NCBI GenBank assembly: GCA_047495785.1
Contig: JBLDXI010000028.1
Coordinates: forward strand, 124,001 to 188,000
DNA from: Lepidodermella squamata
Taxonomy: Eukaryota; Animalia; Gastrotricha
Reading direction: 5' to 3'
DNA length: 64,000 nucleotides
Positions 54,592 to 64,000 of the stretch are shown here, piece by piece (position 1 is the first letter of the stretch; each line of letters begins with the position of its first letter). The position numbers were made by a program, and so were the translations under genes. The notes below the pieces were generated by a model. It had not been told where the DNA came from. It saw nothing but the letters and a program-made list of their open reading frames with translations, and searched no databases.

Positions 54592-56682
54592 CTATTTTTT
54601 TGTTGTCAACAATTTAGGCAGCCGGCTGTTGCGCTGCCACGTGGTGTTGTCCTCCAGCAGCGGTGGCGGCCGCGAATCGAACACGTCGTCGAAATCGTCC
54701 ATGGCCGACATGACGCGGCGCCGGCCTGGCGCAACTTCCTGATGCTGCTCCTCACTGCCGCCATCGCCGTAATCGTCCATATCTAAGAGCGTCTTCTTCG
54801 CAGCCGAAACCGAAGTCGATTTCATCGGCAAAATTGGTTGTTTAATCGCCGGTGGTAGCTGTTGCTGTTGAGGCTGTTGTTGTTGCTGCAGAATCGGCTC
54901 GTTTTTCACGCTGCTACTGCCCTTACGACCCTTACGCGCCGCCTCATCCGCCGCTTTTTTCGCCAATTTCACGGCTTCGGTCGAGCGGCGACACGCTCCA
55001 GTGACCAGCGTAACCTCGTCTCGGCTCGAGTTCAGCGCGAAAAATTCAGGGAATTGGCCGAGGAAGTCGGGGAATTCTGCCAGCCCGCCGATCAGTTTAC
55101 GATACGAGCGTTCTTCGGCTAGATGACCGAATAACTTGACGAGTTTCACGCTCGCTGTTTCGCCGTATTTCTGCTTGATTTTTGCGGTTAGAAAATCGAT
55201 GCATCGCATGGTTTCGTGAACAGCAGGCGGGTCACCGGGCGGTAGTCGAATCACATCTAATTAAAAAATTAAATTGAGTTCAATTGTCGGTTTAAAAAAT
55301 TCGCTTTCCAGTGAAATTTTACAGTGAAAAAAATCCTGCCGAACCTCACAACATTTGTTCAAGGCAATTTGTTTACAATACAGAAGTTTTGAATTTTTCA
55401 TTTAAAAATCAGAATTTCAACTAAATAATTGTCGAATTGTCACATTTTAAACCATACCTTGGTGTTCACAATTTTTAAATAGAGTAAATTACGAACTTGA
55501 TGGCTGAACTGGTTTCGGTGGGCCGAGAGGGGCTGAAGCAGGGCGAGGCGGGGGCGGTGGCACGTGTTCGCCGAATGGTTCGAAGTCGTCCAGATCATCG
55601 AGATCATTCGCTTTCCGATTCGTCGGGTAGGGCGCGTGGTTTTCAACGTCCGCGAGATTGAGAGCCGCGTTCGTCTTCGCCACTAAGCCTTCGGCGTCTG
55701 ACACCGAACCGATCGAGTCGAAATCGTCAAAATCATCCATATCACCACCACCACCACCACGGCCATTAACTGGGGCAGGGACTGGAGCGGGAGGGGGTGG
55801 TGTGACCACTTTTGGCTGCGACGACTTGTGAGGCGGTGGTTTCTGTTACGATAAAAAATCGCATCGTTACAAATTGGGAGACAAATCTCACAAGTTTACA
55901 CAATTTTCGGAAATATCATGGATTTATGCATGGCATCTGCCGAGAAAAAAATAGACGAATTCTCAAAATTTGCAGGATATGAGAAATCCCTTTGCCCCAA
56001 ATGTGAGTGATTTTTCTCGCAATTTAATTATTCATCGAAAAATCTGCAAAAAATGAAAAAAATCCTTCGGTATTAGCGAGGTTTAATATTTTACAAATTC
56101 AAAACTGATGCTATTATTCGAATCATTTTCAAGCCCTCTAAGCCAAATACAAGAACTCACAGCATCGACAGTTTGAACCCAAGACATGATTCGATCGAAC
56201 CCAGGCGGCGCTTTCTTATTCTCCTGTTCAACATCACATGGACTGCTCTTCACTTCTTCAACTTTCGCAGCAGGTTGGCTAATTTTATTCTCGAAATCAG
56301 AGGCGCCTGAAACTGGCCGTTCAATCGGCGTCGGCGTTGGTCCTGGAGCTGTTGGAGCATTCACCGGCCAGGCACTTCTCAGATACTTCGCAATGCTAAA
56401 ATCAATCGAACACGCAACAGGCTGCGTTTCCTGCACATTCGCACCCCGCTGCCGAACCATTTCCACGCTATCTTCAAACGCCATGTCTATAGCGAGTCGT
56501 TTATCTTCAATGTGCCGCTTCAATTCATTGAGGCCCTTCGTCAATTCTGCGCTGAGGTTCGGCGACATTGCCCGGAAAGTTCGCAGCAACTGGTCGTAAG
56601 AGTCGAAAACGGTCGCCCAGGCCGCGTGACACGTCTCGAGGTAGTCGACACTCTTCTTATCGACCTTGACACTATTCGCCAT
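54592..56682 (-). CDS. Cluster gene C, ~510 aa: shared N-terminal module + winged helix, no CCCH or RING; exons 56682-56161, 55842-55497, 55256-54592
   Basis: DYLETCHAAW...GANVQETQP; CIDFLTAKIKQKYG...FGHLAE...EFPDFLGQFPEFF. Closest to gene B. The 3' end is uncertain (see frameshift finding). Confidence 0.82.
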
Positions 56683-57391
56683 TTTTATTACTCAATTTTA
56701 CATTCAACAACTACAAAAAATGGAGGGGAAAAATAAAATTTGCGAAAGTTCAGCACGGATGTATTTTTTCTGATTTTTGACCTCCTCAACAGAAAATTAG
56801 AAAATTATTCCGATATAGAGAGAAAAATAGCATGCAGTCTTTGGTAGTAATTAAAATTTAATAAAATCTGAGATTATTTTATCGATGGTAAATACAAGAG
56901 GAGTGTTTTGAGGACTGACTTCAAGGCCGAAGCCAAACTTTCGCGATTTTTTGTATGCATATAATGAAGAAGAAATATATGGAGAGTAAACTGGAAAAAT
57001 ATGTGTAGTTGAGCAATTCTGAAAAAATCATAACACTTTCTTCAAAAAATTGAGCACGCAATCGATAAATCACAATTTCAAGAATGAGCAAAATGAAACG
57101 CAGAAGATTGAAGTAGACAGATTTTTCATGACAAATAAAAATCAAAATTCGACTTCATAAAAATAATTATTTCAATTTTTCAACGTAAAATTTTATCGAT
57201 TTTATGGTATTTATAGAAAATCGAATTTTGATTTTTGTAAAATTTGGTTTCGGAAAATACAGAATTATGAAGGCAAAATTAGAGTTTGTAGGCGCGATCA
57301 TACAGTTCGATATTCACAATAAAAATTGAAAAAAAATATCTGGAAAAAGTCTTTGGTTTTTTCAAGGGAGCAAACTGAAAATGCATGAAAA

Positions 57392-60300
57392 TCATTCCTG
57401 TTCGAAATCCAGCTCAATACTCGCAGCAATCGGTTGATTTTTACACATAGCCAATGGGCGTGATTGATTCGTTTTGTTGTTGTTGTTGTTGCCATCGAAC
57501 TGATGATGATGCAGGCCGCCCGGGCCGGGCAGGGACGATCGACGGGCCTTGTCCTCGTAGAAGTCGAAATCGTCGAAAACCGACGAGAAAATCTTGCGGT
57601 CGTGGAAAATTCGCAGCATGCGGACGCCCTGCGCCGGCGGCAGGATTTCCTGCGTGTCTCGGCTCTTGCACACCGGTTTGCCGTCCTCCGGCAGCACAAT
57701 GTCGCGGAAGTCGCGGAACGGCACGTCCTTGACGTAGATCCACTTCACGGCGAACGCGCCTTTCCACCGCGGCGTCGACCAACAGCCAGCTAAAAGCGAA
57801 AAAAGTCGCAGAATTATTTGAAATCTTATAAAGAATTTTGATGACGTAAAAATATTCTGAATTATTGAAATTTTAGCAAATAAGTGCAATTTGTGACATT
57901 TCAGAGTAAAACGGAATGAATGAAAAGTCACGCGCTCGGCCGTATTTATTAGTCATTTCCGATGTTTCAAGCAAAATTGAGCAATTTCTCTGCTGCAATC
58001 ATTACTTGTAGTGGCCACAGAGGCAGGGGCGGGGCGGGAGGAGGCGTGTCGGCGCGATGCGTGGCGCTGGAGTACAGGAGCAGCTCGCCATGCTTGGCGA
58101 ACAAATGGCGCAAATTGGAAGTTATCTAATGCAGCAACAGCAGCAGCAAATCACTAGTAATTGAGCTGACGGCGAGCCAACGCGAATGTCTCGAACTGCA
58201 CAGACGACTCACGGCGACTGTCGAAATGGCGCAATGGACGCCGCCCGAACAGCGGATTCAGGGCCTCGAAAACCGAGCGATTTAAAACAACCGCTTCGAC
58301 AAATGTAGACAACACCTCACATGGTCGAGGTGCACAAACAAACAAAGAATCGCTACGACGCTAACGAGCTTCGTGCGATAGCCAACCGTGGCCGGTGCCT
58401 CACTTAATTTTCGACTCGGTTCCCAACAAGGCAGTCGGATCGCGAGCCTCGACGACCCGACGATGACGGATGACATCATAATTGTTATATGAAAAACACA
58501 AAAATCTATAAGAAAGCTGATCGATCTTAGAAGCCAATCACTCTTCAGTCTTGCTTGCCGATTCGATTTTCTTCAACAACGAGATTCCTAATTAATCTAT
58601 CTACAAAAAACTTAGCGAGAAGCGTGCGAAAATTCGAACATTCGTGATCGCTTTTATATTACACTACTTGAAGAAGTATACAACATTCTTGAAAAGTTGC
58701 ACCCTGCACTTTACGTAATTGCATGCAAGAATAGAAAATTAACTGTTTTCGCTACAAGGCCAGCACTTTTTCGGCCCGAGCTGTTGCTGTCTCGCTTGGC
58801 AGCTCACTGGCGAAGCCGAGGAGCACAAGATGAGATAGCAGCAGCTTTTGATCTGCCTGAGGCTGCTTGGAAACGAGGCTCTAATCAGTGTCCAGGCCTG
58901 GTCATGATACTCACGAGCCCAAATAGGTGAGAGTTAGAAAATGAACCAAGGCTCATAAAAAATCCGGTAAAGCTCAGCCCAAGTTGGATTCCTTGTGTCT
59001 TTTGTTGAGTGACATACTGGGCACTGTTAATCCGACTGTATCCGAGGTCTTGAGGATCGATGTTGAGGAGGCTATTATTCGAGCGAGGAGAAAGAATCGT
59101 GAACTGATGAAACCCCGAGTATTGCCCCTTTTAACCGGATACGTTACATGCGAGAATGAAGTGAAGAGTAAATAGCTGGTGCCGAGAAATGTTCATTCCC
59201 CAATAATTCCCCCAACTTTCATTTCTTTTATAGGTTTTACTGATGGATAATGATGATGATGATTTAGCCTACGTGTTGGCTAACAGATCTCGGCGCCGAC
59301 GCCGAAGCGCAAAAATCGGAACTGCCGCGAATTAAATATGCCTTATTAAGAGCTGTTTCCCAGATAAATAAATAAAATGAGGCATACCATAGCGATCGAA
59401 ATCGACGGGGCTCGTCATTTGTGCCACGCCGCAGAAATTTCCGGTGTTATTGACGGAGAAGAACAGGTAGATGGGCGCGGGCGACGTGGCTCGGTAGACC
59501 TTATCGAGGCGCTGGTTGCCGCGGAACGTCGAGCACCACACCGAATACTTGATCGACGAGAAGATGGACTCCTCCGTGAACGACTTGATGACGAGATAAC
59601 GCGCGTCCTTCGTCTCTAAAGCGAAGTCACCCGCCGGGTTGATGCCGCCCTGGTCGACGAGGGCCTGCGCCGACTTGCACAACACCCCGCTCGCACTCGA
59701 CTCCGAGAAGCCGAGCGTGGCCCGTCTCGGCAGCTGCGGGCCTGTGTCGAACAGCCGAGCTTTCGTCGTTTTGTGGTGGCAGTCGCCGCTGTCGAACGCG
59801 TACGGCGGGTAGACGGGGGGCGACGAGGCGCGTCTCATCGACAACAGCTGCGAATTCACGTGGTGGTTGACGTGCGGCGGGATGGGCTTTTTGCGTAGAG
59901 GCGGCACCCGGACCACTTTGTTGAACATGGCGTCGTAGTCCCAGTCGCCGTCGAGGCGTTCGTCGCCCGACGAGTCGTTGATGTAGTCTTCGAGTGAGCC
60001 GCGCGAGTCGACGCTACACGACAGCACGCGATTTGAGTTTCGTTGGATTTGCGGCCGAGTTGGGACGAGACGTTCAGAGGCTGGTTCGCCCGGGGCGCCG
60101 AAAACCGAATGCCGGCGGAGTTGAGGGTTGTTGTTGTTGTTGTTTGTTGATGAAGTTGTAGTCGTTGTTGGATTGTTTTGGTTGTTGTTATTGTTATTCG
60201 GCAGGCCCAGGTTGTTGGATTGGTAGTAGTTGGACAGGGGCGAGTCTTGGCCGAGGTATTTGCTGTTCTGGAGCAGCATTTTCGAGTTGATGCTTGAAAG

Positions 60301-61360
60301 CAGGAAGTCGGTGTTCGGCAGAGATTTGCTCAACGGGCAGCTCGACCCAACAGACCTGAATGAGAAAACGAATTAATTAACGTGAAAAAGTCAGATGTCA
60401 GATTTCATTGCGTAATTTTTCTCCTGGGATTTTTGAACGATTTAGTAACCCTGCTAGATGGCTGTTTTCTGTTTTCTATAGCTTTACGACCGTTTAAGCT
60501 GACGGCCTGCCGCAGAGTTCTTACACTCTAAATTTAGGCCCCAAATTTGAGACTCCAGCGCTAGCCTTCCCTATATATGGTTTTCCCGAATTTCACGAAT
60601 TCACTAGAATCTCAGTTTTTTTCATCAGTACTAACCGATCTCCACATTACGTGTATTCAATGATCTGTGATCGACAGTTCTACTTCAGCCGATATCAATT
60701 TTACAAATCAGTGTTTTTTCCGATATATCAAAATCTGAAAACTCAACAATGGAAGAATTTCTACGACATTAGCAGGTAGCTAGAATGAAAATTATTATAG
60801 CATAGAATTGATAGAGCCAAGACGCTCAATTTTACGATATTAACACCCATTTTTCCCAAATTTGAACTTTATCTCCTGTAAAACCGAAAAGCAAGAGAGC
60901 AGGCTAGCAAGTACCCGAATGGATTCAGCATGTTGCTGCTGCCACTGCAGCCGCTGCTTCCGCTGTTGCTGTTGCTAGCGAGCGTCTGGCCGGCCGTGGC
61001 CCAGGCGGCGCGCACAAACTGCGGCCAGTCGATGTCGTCGAGGCGGCAGGCGATGGGCGCCGTCTCCTCGACGCTGGCGCCCTGCTGCAGCAGCGCCAAA
61101 TTCGCGTCGAACTCGTCCTCGAGCGAGACGCGCCGCGCCGCCTGCGCCCGCCGCCCGCCGTCAATCAGCGCCCGCAACTCGCCGTGGTGCTGCAGGCCCG
61201 CTGCCGCCGGCGCCGCCGTCAGCGAGCCGAACGTCTTCAGCAGCGAGTCGACGTCGGCGAGCACGCTGCGCCACGCGTCGTCCACCGCCTCCACGTACTC
61301 GACCCGCCGCCGAAACGCCTCGCCATCTAGCTGCTGCTGCTGCTGCTGTTGCGCCATCAT
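57392..61360 (-). CDS. Cluster gene D, ~603 aa: shared N-terminal module + N/Q-rich region + YTHDF-type YTH domain; exons 61360-60915, 60355-59388, 57789-57392
   Basis: EYVEAVDDAW...GASVEETAP; YLVIKSFTEESIFSSIKYSVWCST..GNQRLD...LFFSVN..G.FCGVAQM.S.VDF..AGCWSTPRWKG.F.VKWIYVKDVP...SRDTQE...SVFDDF. Splice phases are consistent. Confidence 0.85.
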
Positions 61361-63233
61361 TTTCTGTCTTCGTCTTTTCGTCTATTAGTAGTTTTACTTC
61401 TTCCACAACATTGTTCTCGGCAATAATAATACAATTTCAGTAGTCAAATGGCCTACGAAAAAAAACCGTCATCATTTAAAACATCTGATTTTCTTTATTT
61501 GTTGTTGTCTCTTGTTGTTGTTGTTGTTGTTGTTGTTGAGTTTCCTCATTGAATTTCTTGCTTTTACATTACATACGTAAGTGTATCTGTGAGTGAGTGA
61601 AATCAGTTTTTCTCATGTAGGTGATGATGATGGCAGGTAGATTTTTCAATTATGTAATTTTTAGGAAGCCCACTACAACACTGACTAATAAACAAGCTAG
61701 TTAACAAATAATTTGTGTTTGTCATCGAATATATATCGAATGGCGGAATGAGCACGTAAGTAGTAGTAGTAGTAGTCGTAGTCGTCTTACAAATTTCAAT
61801 AGGGCAGGCCACTTTTGGTGTTGCTTTTTGCAATCGAAATATATTTTTTTTGAATAGATTAGAATTTTTCAATTTTTCATGCGTCTCAGGTAGATGATGA
61901 TTTAGAAGAAGAAGAAACAGGCAGTTTTTCTTTGTATAACAATTATAATAATAATAATTATGATTATTAAATAATAGGAATACTATGCGTCTTGGTTGGT
62001 AGCAATAAATATATAATTTTCAAGGTGTGTGAGACGAATAAAAATGCTCCAAGTAGTAACAAAAATTTCAATAATTATATAACAATAAAATTCGTTTTAG
62101 CAACAACATCAACAGAAAAGAAGAGTGATGAGAACAAGATAGAAGAAGAAGAAGAATCGAATTATGATCATGATAAAATATTTGTAGAGAAGATTAGGAC
62201 ATCACAGATAGATAATTCATTTTTCTCTCAGTGTCAATCTAGTCTAGCATAGAAAAATCGTGTTCGTAGACAATTGTAGTCTGCTACTCCTAAACAATTT
62301 TTACATCGATTGTCGGCGAAAATATTATCATTATTATTACTAAAAAATTGACAAATAAAAAAATAAGCCAAGAGAGAGATAGAGAGAGACAAGCGAACTA
62401 AAAAAATCGCACTATAAAACTAAACACATGAAAAAGGATAATTTTTTTCTGACAAGCAAGTCGCGCGCAAGGTAACAAAAAATTGTTTAAAAACACAAAA
62501 AAAACATCAAATAATTATTACTTCCCCTTCTTCAAAACACCGTATTACTGCATAGAGCATAATAATAATATTATAGTTATAATAGATTTCGTTCATTCAT
62601 TTGTGTACCAGGAAAAAGTAGTAACAAAAACTTTGAAGAAGAAGAAGAAGAAGAGAAGAAATAGCTCACCAAAATTCATTCAAATATTTATCATCGGATT
62701 ACGCTCATCCAAAACTTTGGAACTAATTTCGGACAGATACAAGTAATAATTTTCATTAAAACGAATTGCATTAAATAGAAAAATGCCTCTAATTTTCTCG
62801 TAAATTGATTATTACTTTGTGTTATATAACCAAGCGAAAATTTGTGAAAGTCATATAATATATTATTATTAATTGTATAACAAATATTTTTTTCACATAA
62901 AAAAATTGATTATTTTTTCTACTAGCGATTTCGGCGTGATGAACGACACGAGAGAGATAGAGCGAGGTGGATCGACAAGCAGCACTAACAAATGATAAAA
63001 ACGCCGGTGGTCAGATTACGAACAGACCCAATTTTAGGCACATTTCCCGAAAATTCTCATTCCTTCTAAAAATCAATAATAATATAGAGAATAAGAAATC
63101 GATAATTCACTCAGGTTATAAGATTCTCAATTTAGAAAGCTGTGATCGTAAATATATATATTACTATTTTTCAGTCTCACTTAGGGTGATATTATAGAAA
63201 TATAAAATCGCCCATTCGAAATCCGTCGAACCT

Positions 63234-63938
63234 CTATCGAACCTCTTTGCCGAGCTCAGCCTTGCCGTGGGCGTACAAGCAGACGGCGCGGCGTTGGCAG
63301 AAACCACGCTCCTCCCACTGGTGGCAGAGGGCGACGCGGCGTTTCGGTCGCAGGTCCGCCTCGCCGTGCGCGTACGGGCAGTTGTCACCGTTCGGGCACT
63401 GGCCGCTGTTGACCGAGTACGGCAGGCACAGCTTCGTCTTGAACGTCCACTGCGCGAGCAGCTTCGACGCCACCTGCGGCGCCTGGTACTTGGACTTGGC
63501 CGACTCGAGCGCGATCGGCAGGATCTGCTTCACCGTCTCGTAGATGTGCGGCAGCGGGCGCGTGACGAAGGCGCCGTCTCGCTCCACCGCGCGGCGCATC
63601 ACCTCCGTGACCGTGTCGCGCGACAAGTGGTGGCCGAAGCGCTGGTGCAGCTGGAAACGCGCCATGATGCGGTCGCGCACGTACTTCAGATCCGGCACGC
63701 CTTGAGGTTTACCCTGCGACTGCTGGTGCTGCTGTTGTTGGGGTTTGACCGGGGCGGCTTGCACGGCTGCATCGATGACCGTGACGGCGACGGCGACAGG
63801 CGACACCGGTGACGATTCGTTGTTCGGAGAAAAAGGAGACGAAGAAGAAGACACTTTGGTGGTGTTTGTAGCATTGCCCAGTGGTTTTGTTACCGTTAAA
63901 TTGCAACTCGCTGCTTGAGGATTCACAACAACTTCGAC
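63234..63938 (-). CDS. Cluster gene E, 3' exon (helical domain + tandem CCCH); 5' part lies beyond the window
   Basis: Acceptor at 63939; KLLAQWTFKTKLC...CPYAHGEADLRPKRRVALC...CLYAHG is homologous to genes A and B. Confidence 0.85.
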   Translation of the reverse strand, partial: VEVVVNPQAASCNLTVTKPLGNATNTTKVSSSSSPFSPNNESSPVSPVAVAVTVIDAAVQAAPVKPQQQQHQQSQGKPQGVPDLKYVRDRIMARFQLHQRFGHHLSRDTVTEVMRRAVERDGAFVTRPLPHIYETVKQILPIALESAKSKYQAPQVASKLLAQWTFKTKLCLPYSVNSGQCPNGDNCPYAHGEADLRPKRRVALCHQWEERGFCQRRAVCLYAHGKAELGKEVR

Positions 63939-64000
63939 CTAAAAAAGAAATCGAAAAATTTAATAAATAGCTAAATCGCAAAAAGTCGGTTAGAAAGATT

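Noticed and set aside
36655-63981. Plus-strand and alternative-frame ORFs over importin and the cluster genes
   Set aside because: Antisense shadows of high-GC3 exons.

Overview
Eukaryotic, almost certainly invertebrate animal, genomic DNA with AT-rich spliceosomal introns and GC-rich exons. Gene models were built by hand from the ORF track and splice sites. Left to right: last exon of a stomatin gene; a complete 7-exon fibrillin (~3011 aa); fem-1; dolichol kinase (one probable GC-AG intron); a FAIM-like gene with only one FAIM domain; a TE-rich block (~25.5-36.2 kb) holding two Sola1-like MITEs, a P/hAT-like MITE, LINE fragments and two paralogous orphan two-exon genes; and importin-7/8. The main result is a tandem minus-strand array (45.4-64 kb) of five paralogs. 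The four complete genes share an N-terminal helical module resembling the RNF214/DZIP3/TTC3 coiled-coil end. The members carry different combinations of RNA-related modules: an Egalitarian/LOTUS-like winged helix, tandem CCCH fingers, a RING-H2, or a YTHDF-type m6A-reader domain. This is a candidate modular RNA-reader/ubiquitin-ligase system. Family assignments come from recalled motifs, not database searches.
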